Position numbers and translations under genes: made by a program. A stretch of 64,000 nucleotides of DNA from an uncultured Chloroflexia bacterium (GTDB taxonomy: Bacteria; Chloroflexota; Anaerolineae; CG2-30-64-16): NCBI GenBank assembly GCA_963774265.1, contig CAVZDU010000010.1, positions 224,001-288,000 on the forward strand, written 5' to 3'. Shown piece by piece: positions 9,581 to 19,351 of this stretch (the stretch's first letter is position 1; every line of letters begins with the position of its first letter). The notes beneath the pieces were generated by a model that saw nothing but the letters and a program-made list of their open reading frames with translations, was not told the origin of the DNA and ran no database searches.

Positions 9581-10540
9581 ATGCCAGATCAACGCACCAG
9601 CCATTCTTCGACGGGAAGCGTGCAGGTTCTTCCGCATGGCCCCTTCGGCCTCACGGGGTCGCAACAACGCGAAATTCGGAAATTCCTGACTGCGCTGCTC
9701 TATCTCACACCCTCGCTCGTCATCTTTGCGGCTTTCGTCTTTATCCCGCTGGTTCAGTCAATCCGGCTGAGCACCTTCCTGACCGATCCCCTGGGTCGCG
9801 CCGCCAAATTCGTTGGCTTGCTGCAGTACCAGCGGCTCTTCGACAACCCGAGCTTCATCAACAGCTTTAGCCGTTCGGTGCAGTTCGTGCTATACACCGT
9901 ACCGACAACGCTCGTCATCGCGATGGTGTTGGCGTTGCTCGGCAACCTCCGGCTGCGGCGCATTGATGTTTTCCGCATGGTCTTTTCGATCACGATCGCG
10001 GTGTCCGGCGCCACAGCCGCGCTCATCTTCACCTATCTATACACACCTTCACTCGGTTGGTTCAACTATCTGCTGAGTCTGGCCGGCATCGATGCTGTGC
10101 CATGGCTGATCAGCGAGAAGACCGCGTTGCCGGCTGTGGCGCTGACCACCGTCTGGCTGCAAGTGGGCCTCAATACGGTCATTTTGCTTGCGGGAATGCA
10201 GGGGATCGCTGAGGAGCTGTATGAGAGCGCGATGATCGACGGTGCAACGGCCTGGTCCAAATTCCGCCACATCACGTTGCCCTTGCTCTCACCCACCTTG
10301 TTCTTTCTGATGATTGTCGACATGCTCTCCGCGTTCCAGACGTTCACCCAGATTCACGTCATGACATCCGGGGGGCCGCTGGACTCGACAAACGTTCTCG
10401 TGTTCTCGATCTATCGTGAGTTTTACTTCAACGGTAAGTATGGTTTCGCCGCAGCCCAGTCGATTATGCTGTTCATTATCATCTTGGTCCTGACCAGCGT
10501 CCAGTTCGGGGTTGTTGAGAAAAGGGTACATTACGAATGA
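9581..10540 (+). CDS. carbohydrate/glycerol-3-phosphate ABC permease (UgpA-like)
   Basis: Multiple TM segments; EAA loop ELYESAMIDGA...FRHITLPLLSPT; GGPLDST. Confidence 0.9.
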   Translation: MPDQRTSHSSTGSVQVLPHGPFGLTGSQQREIRKFLTALLYLTPSLVIFAAFVFIPLVQSIRLSTFLTDPLGRAAKFVGLLQYQRLFDNPSFINSFSRSVQFVLYTVPTTLVIAMVLALLGNLRLRRIDVFRMVFSITIAVSGATAALIFTYLYTPSLGWFNYLLSLAGIDAVPWLISEKTALPAVALTTVWLQVGLNTVILLAGMQGIAEELYESAMIDGATAWSKFRHITLPLLSPTLFFLMIVDMLSAFQTFTQIHVMTSGGPLDSTNVLVFSIYREFYFNGKYGFAAAQSIMLFIIILVLTSVQFGVVEKRVHYE

Positions 10541-11370
10541 CCTTCGCCCAGCGTCGCACTGTGTCCGGTTTCTTCCTGTACTTGCTGCTGATTGTGGTTG
10601 CGCTCATCGTTCTTTTCCCGCTGTGGTCCGCGCTCACGATTAGCATGCTCAGCGATGCGGAAGTCGCGTTGTACCCTCCGCGGCTGTGGCCGTCAGGCCT
10701 GAACCTGGAGAATTTCAAGCGCGCGTTGGAACAGGCGCCACTGGGCCGCTATCTGCTCAACAGTGTGATTCAGTCAACCATCGTCATGATCGGCCAGCTG
10801 ATCACCGCCAGCCTGGCGGCCTACGCATTCTCGTTCATTGACTTCAAGGGCCGCAACGCGTTGTTCCTCGTATTCCTGTCAACCATGATGATCCCGTGGG
10901 AAGCGACGATCATCCCGAACTACCTGATGATCAAGGCGATCGGCTGGACAGACACCTTCCAGGGGCTCAGCGCACCGTTTCTGGCGACTGCCTTCGGCAC
11001 CTTTCTTCTGCGGCAGTTCTTCATGACACTCCCCAAGGAATTGCATGACGCAGCCACCATCGATGGGAGCAGCAATTTGCGCTTCCTGATCACGATCGTG
11101 CTGCCGCTTGCGCGGCCTGCACTGGGCACGCTTGCGGTCTACAGCTTCCTTCAGACTTACAATCAGTACCTGTGGCCCCTTCTGGTGACCAACGACCAGT
11201 CTATGCGCACGGTGCAGATAGGCATCGCGCTGTTGCAGGACCAGGAACGGTTCATGTTCAACATCGTCATGGCTGGAGTCGTAATCATTCTCGTGCCGAC
11301 GTTCACGCTGTTCATCTTCGGCAACCGCCAACTGATTCGGGGTCTTACGGCCGGCGCCGTCAAGGGTTAG
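10537..11370 (+). CDS. carbohydrate/glycerol-3-phosphate ABC permease (UgpE-like)
   Basis: FLLRQFFMTLPKELHDAATIDG, NQYLWPL; ATGA overlap with the upstream gene. Confidence 0.9.
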   Translation: MTFAQRRTVSGFFLYLLLIVVALIVLFPLWSALTISMLSDAEVALYPPRLWPSGLNLENFKRALEQAPLGRYLLNSVIQSTIVMIGQLITASLAAYAFSFIDFKGRNALFLVFLSTMMIPWEATIIPNYLMIKAIGWTDTFQGLSAPFLATAFGTFLLRQFFMTLPKELHDAATIDGSSNLRFLITIVLPLARPALGTLAVYSFLQTYNQYLWPLLVTNDQSMRTVQIGIALLQDQERFMFNIVMAGVVIILVPTFTLFIFGNRQLIRGLTAGAVKG

Positions 11371-11411
11371 TGCCGGCTGATTGACTATCAACTGCCATAA
11401 GGAGAGGAGAA

Positions 11412-12899
11412 ATGAAAAGGTCCCTTTGGTCCTGGCTCTGCGTCATCGTCGTGCTGAGCCTCGTCCTGTCTGCATGTGCCGCACCCGCGGCGCCCCAGCA
11501 GCCTGCCGCACAGGCAACCCAGGCGCCGGCCGCAGCAGCGACCACCGCACCTGCCGCAGCGGCCACCACCGCGCCGGCAGCCGCGCCTACCAACACCCCG
11601 CTGCCGACGCCGACTGGCGCCCCGATCCCGGAAGGCGCGGTCAAGTTCGGCTTTTGGCACAGCATGGCCGGCGACGTCGGCGGCAAGGCGATCCCCAAGC
11701 TCGCCACCGATTTCAACTTGTCGCAACAGAAGTGCTACGTCACACCTACGTTCCAGGGCACGTATGACGACTCACTGAACAAGCTGAAGGCGGGTCTGCA
11801 GTCCAAGGACATCCCGGCGGTCGTCCAGCTCTTCGACATCGGCACTCGTCTGCTGGTCGATCTGAAGGTCGCCACGCCTGTGCAGGACTTCATCGATGCC
11901 GAGAAGTACGATGTCTCCGACCTGGAGACGAACGTCCTGGCGTATTACACCGTGGACGGCAAGCAGTGGTCTATGCCGTTCAACACATCCAACCCGATGC
12001 TCTACTACAATAAGGACCTGTTCAAGGCTGCCGGGTTGGATCCTGAGAAGCCGCCGCGCACCTGGGCGGAATTCGAAGAGGCTGCAGCCAAGCTGACGCA
12101 GAAGGACGCCTCGGGCAAGGTCACGGTGCCGGGCGCAACGTTCGCCATCTACGGTTGGTTCTTCGAGCAGTTGCTGGCCGTCTCCGGCGGATACTACGCA
12201 GACAACGAGAACGGCCGCGCGGCGCCTGCTACCAAAGCCACGTTCAACAGCCCTGAGGGCGTTGCCGTTCTCGAATGGTGGAAGAAAATGTACGATGCCG
12301 GCACCATGGGCAACCTCGGCCGCAAGACCGTCGATGTCCGCAATGCCTTCATGGCCGGGCAGACCGGCATGATCATCGAGTCGACCGCGGCGCTGCGCGG
12401 CTTGATGGACACCGCCGTGGGTAAGTTCGAGTTAGGCACCGCGTTCCTGCCGCGGCCCAACGAGGGGGCCTTCGACAAATCCGGCACGATCATCGGCGGT
12501 GCGTCCGTCTGGATCCTGAACGGCCGGCCCGCGGAAGAACAGCAATGCGCGTGGGAGTTCATCAAGTTCGTCTCCGCGCCGCCGCAGCAGGCCTATTGGC
12601 ACACGATGTCGGGCTACTACCCGATCCGCAAGGCTGCGTACGACGAAGCGCTCGACAAGGAATGGCGCGCGAAGTACCCGGCTTTCCAGACGGCCATCGA
12701 TCAGCTTCACATCGCCCCGAACAACCGCTTTACCCAGGGCGGTCTGATCGGCGTCTTCCCCACCGCACGCCAGACCATTGAGGGCGCGATCGAGGAAGTG
12801 CTGGCCGGCAAGGGCACCCCGCAGGAGGTGCTGGACAAGGCCGCGGCGAGCGTGACGGCCGCGATTGAAGAGTACAACATCACAATGGGCATCAAGTAA
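11412..12899 (+). CDS. ABC substrate-binding lipoprotein (UgpB-like)
   Basis: Lipobox LSAC, Ala/Pro/Thr linker, FWHSM, SMPFNTSNPMLYYNKD, IGGASVW. Confidence 0.9.
   Translation: MKRSLWSWLCVIVVLSLVLSACAAPAAPQQPAAQATQAPAAAATTAPAAAATTAPAAAPTNTPLPTPTGAPIPEGAVKFGFWHSMAGDVGGKAIPKLATDFNLSQQKCYVTPTFQGTYDDSLNKLKAGLQSKDIPAVVQLFDIGTRLLVDLKVATPVQDFIDAEKYDVSDLETNVLAYYTVDGKQWSMPFNTSNPMLYYNKDLFKAAGLDPEKPPRTWAEFEEAAAKLTQKDASGKVTVPGATFAIYGWFFEQLLAVSGGYYADNENGRAAPATKATFNSPEGVAVLEWWKKMYDAGTMGNLGRKTVDVRNAFMAGQTGMIIESTAALRGLMDTAVGKFELGTAFLPRPNEGAFDKSGTIIGGASVWILNGRPAEEQQCAWEFIKFVSAPPQQAYWHTMSGYYPIRKAAYDEALDKEWRAKYPAFQTAIDQLHIAPNNRFTQGGLIGVFPTARQTIEGAIEEVLAGKGTPQEVLDKAAASVTAAIEEYNITMGIK
11524..11592 (+). repeat. 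degenerate 24-nt coding repeat (APAAAATT) in the lipoprotein linker
   Basis: APAAAATT-APAAAATT-APAAAPT with synonymous codon variation. Confidence 0.6.
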
Positions 12900-13033
12900 G
12901 CTGCCCGCCGGCCCGGAACAGAACGCTGATGGCGCTGATCTGGCTGGTCTTCGGATTTTGGATTGCAGTAATGCCCTCCAAATTCTGCTAGACAGTATGA
13001 TCGGTGTCATCAGCGTTCTTTCTTGGAGGGATC

Positions 13034-13582
13034 ATGCCTGACAATTCGAATTTGGAGTTAGCCACCCTTGGCGGAGGGTGTTTTTGGTGTCTTGAGGCTG
13101 TTTACGATCAGCTGCGTGGAGTGAGTGATGTCGTTTCGGGCTACAGTGGAGGTCACGTCCACCAGCCAACGTACAAGCAGGTATGTGCAGGCACGACCGG
13201 CCACGCTGAAGTCGTGCAGGTGGCTTTTGATCCATCGGTCGTCACGTTTGGGGATATACTGCGGGTTTTCTTCACGATCCACGATCCCACGACACTGAAC
13301 CGACAAGGCGCAGATGTGGGCACGCAATATCGCTCAGCCATTTTCTACCGTACTGAAGAGCAGAAGACAGTGGCGGAGCAGGTAATTGCCGTCCTGACCG
13401 CCGAGAAACTGTGGGACGCGCCGATCGTCACGGAAGTAACACCGTTTGATCGGTTCTATCCGGCTGAGGATTACCACCAGGAGTACTTTGCGCGTAACCC
13501 GTATCAAGGTTACTGCCAGTTCATCATAGCGCCGAAGGTGGCCAAGTTCCGGCAGAAGTACTTGTCCCAGCTCCGGGAGTAG
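13034..13582 (+). CDS. msrA: peptide-methionine (S)-S-oxide reductase
   Basis: GGGCFWC, GHAEVVQ, HDPT, GTQYRS, AEDYHQEY; GGAGG before ATG 13034. Confidence 0.97.
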   Translation: MPDNSNLELATLGGGCFWCLEAVYDQLRGVSDVVSGYSGGHVHQPTYKQVCAGTTGHAEVVQVAFDPSVVTFGDILRVFFTIHDPTTLNRQGADVGTQYRSAIFYRTEEQKTVAEQVIAVLTAEKLWDAPIVTEVTPFDRFYPAEDYHQEYFARNPYQGYCQFIIAPKVAKFRQKYLSQLRE

Positions 13583-13655
13583 TTGTGCGGACCTCGGCAG
13601 GAGGGGAATCCGGACGGTCACGTCGGCTGAGCATAGGCTGTTGCGTTGTCTGCTA

Positions 13656-14567
13656 CTACGGCCAGGGTACTCTTACTGCAGAGCCGACGACCGCGGCGAG
13701 CAGGACCACGAATAGATAGAAGTTCGAGGTATGAAATAAGAGGTACGCCCGTCTCCTGGTCGGCTCCCGAATCAGCATTGCACTCTGCCAGAGGAGCATC
13801 CCGGTCATGAAAACCGCGGGCAACGTGTAGACCGGACCCATCTGGGGCAAGAATGCCAGCCCGAGGCTGGAAAGGCTCGCACCCAATCCATGCAGAAAAC
13901 CCCAGAAGGCGGCTGAACGGGGTGAAGCAGTCACGGGCAACATCGGCACATTCGCCCGCGCATAGTCCTCGCGATAGACCAGCGCGAGGGCCCAGAAGTG
14001 GATCGGCGTCCAGAAAAAGAGCAGGATGGCCAGCGCGATTACGGCCGGATCGCTCCAGGCGCTTGCTGCCGCGCCACCCGCCATCACCGCAGCGCTCCCC
14101 GCTGCCCCCCCAATGACGATGTTCAGGTTCGTCCGCGGTTTGAGCCAGACGGTGTAGACCACCACGTAGATCAGCGCACCCAGGGTTAGGAACAACGCCA
14201 AGGCTGGGTTGAACGGCAACACGGCGACAACGGGGGCCACAATCATGGCGGTTGCCACGTAAGGCACCCAACCCGGGCGTACAATGGCTCCGGTCACGAG
14301 CGGGCGCCTACGTGTTCGAGTCATCAGGGCATCACTATCACGCTCCAGGTACTGGTTCCACGCAGAACTCCCCATCGCCGCGAGGGCGCCCGTAACCAGC
14401 GTCAACAGCAGAGCTCCCCACCCGGGCCAACCGCGCGCGCCCAGAAACACCCCGGCTGTGGCCGAAAGCAACAGCAGGATCACGATGCGAAGCTTGAATA
14501 AGACAGCCAGCTCGGATAGTAGCGACGATGATGCGGGGCTGGCGACCCCCTTCTCCTGTTGGAGCAT
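13656..14567 (-). CDS. cyoE: protoheme IX farnesyltransferase (heme O synthase)
   Basis: NQYLERDSDALMTRTRRRPL, YTVWLKPRT, WTPIHFWALA, DYARANVPMLP. Confidence 0.93.
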   Translation of the reverse strand: MLQQEKGVASPASSSLLSELAVLFKLRIVILLLLSATAGVFLGARGWPGWGALLLTLVTGALAAMGSSAWNQYLERDSDALMTRTRRRPLVTGAIVRPGWVPYVATAMIVAPVVAVLPFNPALALFLTLGALIYVVVYTVWLKPRTNLNIVIGGAAGSAAVMAGGAAASAWSDPAVIALAILLFFWTPIHFWALALVYREDYARANVPMLPVTASPRSAAFWGFLHGLGASLSSLGLAFLPQMGPVYTLPAVFMTGMLLWQSAMLIREPTRRRAYLLFHTSNFYLFVVLLAAVVGSAVRVPWP

Positions 14568-14648
14568 GACTCCTCCGGGTCTGCAAGCTGGATAGCAGTT
14601 GCAGGGGTGCTGGCGTTTGGCTGGCTAGCGGTCCCGGTGGAGCCGCGT

Positions 14649-15296
14649 TCACCAGCCTTCGTCGCCTGGTTTCTTACTGACATCCACACGCGTGGTCGCC
14701 CATTCCTCGGGCGTGTTAATGTTGCGCAGCGAGCGCAGCGCCGGGTCAAACTGCCGGAGCACAGACTCCTCAACGTAGCACACGCGCACCTCATCAAAGA
14801 AGCTCACCATGCGGCGTTTGCCCTTCGAAAGGGCGCCCTCAATCGCTGGCAGGCAGCTCTTTCGATACACTGCGTGGAGAGGCTCAGGCTGAGGCTCAGC
14901 CCGGTCAGGAAGGAGAATTCGGGGCACGATGGCGTCTTCGTCCGTGCAATGATCGATCATCGCAGTTACAAGCGAATGACTGACAAAGGGCATATCGGTT
15001 GCTACTGCGAAGACCACATTGTAATGCGCCGCTCGTAAGCCGGCGTGCAGCCCGGCGAGCGGACCTGCATTTTGATAGTGATCTGCAGCCACGAAGGCAG
15101 GTACAGGTAGCCGCCCAACGAGCGCGTCAAAGCGGAAGGGGTCGTTGCTGCTGAAGATGAATTCGCCAGCCAGCGGCAGTAAGCGACGGGCAACAAGCTC
15201 GACCAGGGGCATGCCGTCGAGGTCGAGCCACACCTTATCGCGTCCCATCCGACTGCTACGGCCGCCGGCCAGGATTAGAACAGTAAGTGGTTCCAT
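14649..15296 (-). CDS. mobA: molybdenum cofactor guanylyltransferase
   Basis: LILAGGRSSRMGRDK, GPLAGL, ATDMPF, EPLHAVY, NINTPEE. Confidence 0.93.
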   Translation of the reverse strand: MEPLTVLILAGGRSSRMGRDKVWLDLDGMPLVELVARRLLPLAGEFIFSSNDPFRFDALVGRLPVPAFVAADHYQNAGPLAGLHAGLRAAHYNVVFAVATDMPFVSHSLVTAMIDHCTDEDAIVPRILLPDRAEPQPEPLHAVYRKSCLPAIEGALSKGKRRMVSFFDEVRVCYVEESVLRQFDPALRSLRNINTPEEWATTRVDVSKKPGDEGW

Positions 15297-15301
15297 AGTT
15301 C

Positions 15302-15337
15302 AAAACAAAGAAGCCCACACGTAGCAGTGTGGGCTTC
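15302..15337 (-). terminator. intrinsic terminator after acpP
   Basis: 11-bp stem GAAGCCCACAC/GTGTGGGCTTC followed on the minus strand by TTTGTTTT. Confidence 0.75.
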
Positions 15338-15357
15338 CAGTTGCGAATATTGGACGA

Positions 15358-15597
15358 TCAGGCGCTTGCCTTCGCAAGATAGATAACGGCCTCGCCGACG
15401 GTCGTGATCTTCTGCGCATCTTCATCGGAGATGGTGCCCCCGAAAGTCTCTTCGAAGGCCATGATCAGCTCGACGAGATCAAGCGAGTCTGCCTTCAGGT
15501 CCTCGCGGAAACGTGCTTCGGGCACGATTTTTTCTACGTCTACATTGAGCTTGTCGATGATGATTTCCTTGACTTTCTCGTAAATTTCCTGGTTCAT
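15358..15597 (-). CDS. acpP: acyl carrier protein
   Basis: [18 protein letters not shown] (phosphopantetheine Ser); AAGGAG before ATG 15597. Confidence 0.96.
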   Translation of the reverse strand: MNQEIYEKVKEIIIDKLNVDVEKIVPEARFREDLKADSLDLVELIMAFEETFGGTISDEDAQKITTVGEAVIYLAKASA

Positions 15598-15667
15598 GAG
15601 GTTCTCCTTGCACATTAGCAGTTATGGGCCTTGGAACTGATTGGCCGGGTCACGGCCACGTCGAGGC

Positions 15668-15696
15668 ATTGTACCCAGTTGCGCGAGGGGTGTCAA
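15668..15696 (-). promoter_or_regulatory. acpP promoter
   Basis: Minus strand TTGACA-17 nt-TACAAT. Confidence 0.7.
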
Positions 15697-15715
15697 ACCT
15701 GATTCGCGCAGAGCT

Positions 15716-15744
15716 TTGACAGCGCCTTTCCGGACTGGTATGAT
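15716..15744 (+). promoter_or_regulatory. fni operon promoter, back-to-back with the acpP promoter
   Basis: TTGACA-17 nt-TATGAT. Confidence 0.7.
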
Positions 15745-15857
15745 GCCTGCCTGAGAAATTGACCGGCTGTCACACAGATCACGACCGGCCCTACATCATA
15801 ACACTGCTGCTGGGCCGAAGTTGCGAACACCTTCCTATGGTGAGCCTCGGAGCAGCC

Positions 15858-16883
15858 ATGGCCCATGATCACCGAAAAGCCGACCATATCCGCATCAATC
15901 TGGAAGAGAATGTGCAGTTTCCCACGGTCACAAATGGCTTCGAACGCTACCGGTTGGTGCACCAGGCGCTGCCCGAGCTGAATCTGCATGAGATTAACAC
16001 CTGCGTAGAATTGCTCGGCAAGACGCTTCAAGTGCCCTTGCTCATCTCGTCAATGACGGGTGGGACCGAGGCAGCGCTGGCGCTCAATCGCAATCTGGCC
16101 ATCGGCACGCAGGCGCGTGGTATTGCGATGGGTCTCGGTTCACAGCGAACGGGCATCGAGCAGACCGAGACTGCCGGGACCTTCAGAGTGCGCGACGTCG
16201 CTCCCGAGATTCTCCTTTTTGCCAACCTCGGCGCGGTCCAGCTCAATTATCGCTATGGCGTGGAACAGTGCCGTCGCGCAGTGGAGATGATTGAGGCAGA
16301 CGCGCTCATCCTGCATCTCAACCCCCTTCAAGAGGCTGTACAGGCGGACGGCGACTGGAACTGGAGTGGACTGCTCGACAAGATCGAGCAGGTGGTCAGG
16401 GACCTGGGGGTGCCAGTCGTAGCCAAAGAAGTGGGATGGGGTATCAGCGAAACTACCGCGCGGCAACTGAAGGGTGTCGGCGTGGCGGTGATTGATGTGG
16501 CCGGTTCAGGCGGCACATCCTGGACTGAGGTGGAGTATCATCGGGCTACGTCAGATGCGTTCCGGAAACTGGCTCGGGCTTTCGCAGACTGGGGCATCCC
16601 GACCGCAGAATCGTTGCTCATGGCTCAACGGGGCGCCCCAGGTTTGCCCTTGATCGCGAGTGGCGGGATGCGCACCGGCATCGAGACCGCCAAAGCGCTC
16701 GCCATGGGCGCTACGGCGGTGGGAGTAGCCTCTTCGTTTCTCAAGGCCGCTGCAGCTGGTCCCGAGGAAGTGATCGCTGCCATCGACCAACTCGCTGTTG
16801 AACTGCGCGTCGCCATGTTCTGCTCAGGTGCAGGGGATGTCTCAGCGCTCCGACGTCCAGGTCGCCTGATGAGACTCGAGTGA
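15858..16883 (+). CDS. fni: type 2 isopentenyl-diphosphate delta-isomerase
   Basis: RKADHI, ISSMTGG, GSQR, HLNPLQE, KEVGWG, GGTSW, ASGGMR. Confidence 0.96.
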   Translation: MAHDHRKADHIRINLEENVQFPTVTNGFERYRLVHQALPELNLHEINTCVELLGKTLQVPLLISSMTGGTEAALALNRNLAIGTQARGIAMGLGSQRTGIEQTETAGTFRVRDVAPEILLFANLGAVQLNYRYGVEQCRRAVEMIEADALILHLNPLQEAVQADGDWNWSGLLDKIEQVVRDLGVPVVAKEVGWGISETTARQLKGVGVAVIDVAGSGGTSWTEVEYHRATSDAFRKLARAFADWGIPTAESLLMAQRGAPGLPLIASGGMRTGIETAKALAMGATAVGVASSFLKAAAAGPEEVIAAIDQLAVELRVAMFCSGAGDVSALRRPGRLMRLE

Positions 16884-16899
16884 TTACGAAGGGGCCATC

Positions 16900-17934
16900 A
16901 TGAACCTAGCGGAAGCAGCCTCCACCTATCTTCCTCATATTGAAGCCGAGTTGCGCTCACTGCTTGAAGTGCGCACATCGGAAGCAGCGAGGCACTACGA
17001 GATCATGCAGTACCACATGGGATGGCGCGATCACGAGCTGAAGCCGGCGAATGCTCCTTCCGGTAAGCGCATCCGCCCACTGCTTTGCGTCCTGGCATGT
17101 ATGGACGCCGGTGGTGATCCTACCAGAGCGCTGCCCGCGGCCGCAGGTCTTGAGTTATTGCACAACTTCTCTCTGCTCCATGACGATATTGAGGACAACA
17201 GCTGCACCCGCCGTCACCGGCCCACAGCGTGGTCTCTCTGGGGGGTGCCGATTGCCTGCAATGTGGGCGATGGCATGTTCGGTCTCGCTCATCTGGCGTT
17301 TTTTCGCCTCCTGGATTACGGGGTGCCCCAAAGCGCCGTCTTGACTGCCTTGAAGTCCTTTGTCGATATGAACCTGGCGCTGACCGAAGGACAATATCAG
17401 GACATATCCTTCGAGGGACAGCTTCAGGTGTCGGTGGATGGCTACTACGCAATGATCAGCGGGAAAACGGGAGCACTCTTGTCCGCCGCATCAGAGATCG
17501 GAGCGATCATTGCCGGCGCGACAGCTGATAGCGTATGCAGCTACCGGGAGTATGGCGCGGCGCTCGGCCGTGCGTTCCAGTTGCAGGATGACATTCTGGG
17601 AATTTGGGGCGACGAGCAGGAAACCGGCAAGTCGGCAGCCAGTGACATACTGAGTAAGAAGAAGACTTTGCCCGTGGTCATCGCTTTGAATCATCCGGAC
17701 GTAGGCAAACGGCTGCGAACCCTTTATGCCGGACCCGGATTCATGCCTGACGATGTGCCTGCGGTGTTGTCATTGCTCGATATTGCCGGCGCTCGGCAAG
17801 CGACGGAGCGTGCCGTGAGTGAAGCGACCGAGCGCGGTCATGCCGCGCTGCAGCGCCTGTCCGAAATGGGCGGCGCATCGACGCATGAGCTTCTGGCCGA
17901 ACTACTTGACACGCTGGTGAGCCGTAGGAGCTAG
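16900..17934 (+). CDS. polyprenyl (geranylgeranyl-type) diphosphate synthase
   Basis: GKRIRP, LLHDDIED..RR (first Asp-rich motif), KTG, FQLQDDILG (second Asp-rich motif). Confidence 0.92.
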   Translation: MNLAEAASTYLPHIEAELRSLLEVRTSEAARHYEIMQYHMGWRDHELKPANAPSGKRIRPLLCVLACMDAGGDPTRALPAAAGLELLHNFSLLHDDIEDNSCTRRHRPTAWSLWGVPIACNVGDGMFGLAHLAFFRLLDYGVPQSAVLTALKSFVDMNLALTEGQYQDISFEGQLQVSVDGYYAMISGKTGALLSAASEIGAIIAGATADSVCSYREYGAALGRAFQLQDDILGIWGDEQETGKSAASDILSKKKTLPVVIALNHPDVGKRLRTLYAGPGFMPDDVPAVLSLLDIAGARQATERAVSEATERGHAALQRLSEMGGASTHELLAELLDTLVSRRS

Positions 17935-17974
17935 CCGGCAGAAGAGCACCATCGCATCGCCAGGCCCCCCTACG

Positions 17975-19069
17975 CTACGACCCGGAATGGACTAACCTAC
18001 GAGCGACTTTTCTGTCAGTCACCGGGAGCGCGAACTGATCCAGTTCGCCTGATTTCACCCAGCGCACCTCGCTGCAGGTGATGGGCTGCGCCTGACCTGA
18101 TTCAACTTGAGCGGTGAACGCGTGCAGCGTGATGCGAAAGTGGGTGTAGGCATGTTCAATCTCGGTGATGAGGCGCTGAGGCGTCACGGTCAGGCCCGTT
18201 TGATCCAACACGGTTCTCGCTAAGGCTATATCGAGTTTCTCCCCTGGGCGGGCCGTTCCCCCAGGAAACCCCCAGAGTCCACCCAGTAATCCCGTCGGCG
18301 GACGGCGCACGATGAGCGTTTCCCCGGTGCTGTTGGTAATGATACCTGCGACCACGTCATGATGGGGCGTGCCTGGTTTGATCGTTCGCGCTGGTCGCTT
18401 CTCCACTGTTCCTCGTGTAAAGGCGAGGCAAAGCTCACGGACGGGGCAGGCGGGGCAGTCTGGAGCATTTGGCGTGCACACGAGCGCGCCGAGCTCCATG
18501 AGCGCCTCATTCAGTTCGCCGGCTTGATCGTGGGGCGCTGCTCGCACCAATCCGGTCGACAGGTCCCACAAGGTCGACTCAGTCTCCGGTGCGCGTGGGT
18601 TTTCGGCAATATCATAGACGCGGCAAAGTACACGGCGCACATTACCGTCCAGTACCGGTTCGGCTTGGCCATATGCGATGCTGAGAACGGCCCCAACGGT
18701 GTAGCGGCCAATGCCGGGCAGGGCGAGGAGACCGGCGCGCTCATTTGGCACCTGTCCACCGTGGCGCTGCACGATGAGCTTTGCTGCTTGGTGCAGGTTG
18801 CGAGCGCGCGCATAGTAGCCCAAACCTTCCCAAGCCTTTAGAACGCGGTCAAGAGACGCTGCCGCCAGTGAAGCGGCATCTGGGAAATCCACCATCCAGC
18901 GCTCGAAATAGGGGATGACCGTGGCAACCTGCGTCTGCTGGAGCATCACCTCCGAGATCCAGACACTGTAGGGCGTACGGGTCCGCCGCCACGGCAGGTC
19001 CCGGCGGGACCTCGCCATCCATTCCAGCAGCCGCGATGCAACGGTGGACGAGGCGGCAGGTGCGATCAA
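17975..19069 (-). CDS. mutY: A/G-specific adenine glycosylase with C-terminal NUDIX-like domain
   Basis: WISEVMLQQTQV, WEGLGYYARARNL, LPGIGRYT (HhH), DGNVRRV and the C-x6-C-x2-C-x5-C Fe-S motif. Likely TTG start at 19069 overlapping the upstream stop. Confidence 0.95.
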   Translation of the reverse strand: MIAPAASSTVASRLLEWMARSRRDLPWRRTRTPYSVWISEVMLQQTQVATVIPYFERWMVDFPDAASLAAASLDRVLKAWEGLGYYARARNLHQAAKLIVQRHGGQVPNERAGLLALPGIGRYTVGAVLSIAYGQAEPVLDGNVRRVLCRVYDIAENPRAPETESTLWDLSTGLVRAAPHDQAGELNEALMELGALVCTPNAPDCPACPVRELCLAFTRGTVEKRPARTIKPGTPHHDVVAGIITNSTGETLIVRRPPTGLLGGLWGFPGGTARPGEKLDIALARTVLDQTGLTVTPQRLITEIEHAYTHFRITLHAFTAQVESGQAQPITCSEVRWVKSGELDQFALPVTDRKVARRLVHSGS

Positions 19070-19281
19070 CTTCCCCGGTTTAGCAGGATCGGAGCCAGAC
19101 ACTGTCCGGCAAACAAGAGGATCAGCATCAATGCCATCAGGACCCAGCTCCAAACGGGCAGGCCGAAAAAGACGGTTGGTTTCTTGGTCTTCTTTTCCAC
19201 AGGCCTGGGTAACTCGGCATCGCAACGCCAACAGACGCGCTTGTCGTCCGGGTTCCATTGGCCGCACTTCGGGCAGTCCAT
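19066..19281 (-). CDS. small zinc-ribbon membrane protein
   Basis: CPKC...CWRC followed by a hydrophobic helix; GGAGG RBS. Confidence 0.75.
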   Translation of the reverse strand: MDCPKCGQWNPDDKRVCWRCDAELPRPVEKKTKKPTVFFGLPVWSWVLMALMLILLFAGQCLAPILLNRGS

Positions 19282-19351
19282 CGGGGTGCCTCCAAACAGA
19301 TGTAGAGGGAACTACGCTTGCATCTTAACACAGATTGGCGTGCTTTACAAG

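Noticed and set aside
11524-11592. Repeats as a possible CRISPR array or VNTR
   Set aside because: They are in-frame degenerate codon repeats of a lipoprotein linker, with no spacers and no cas genes.
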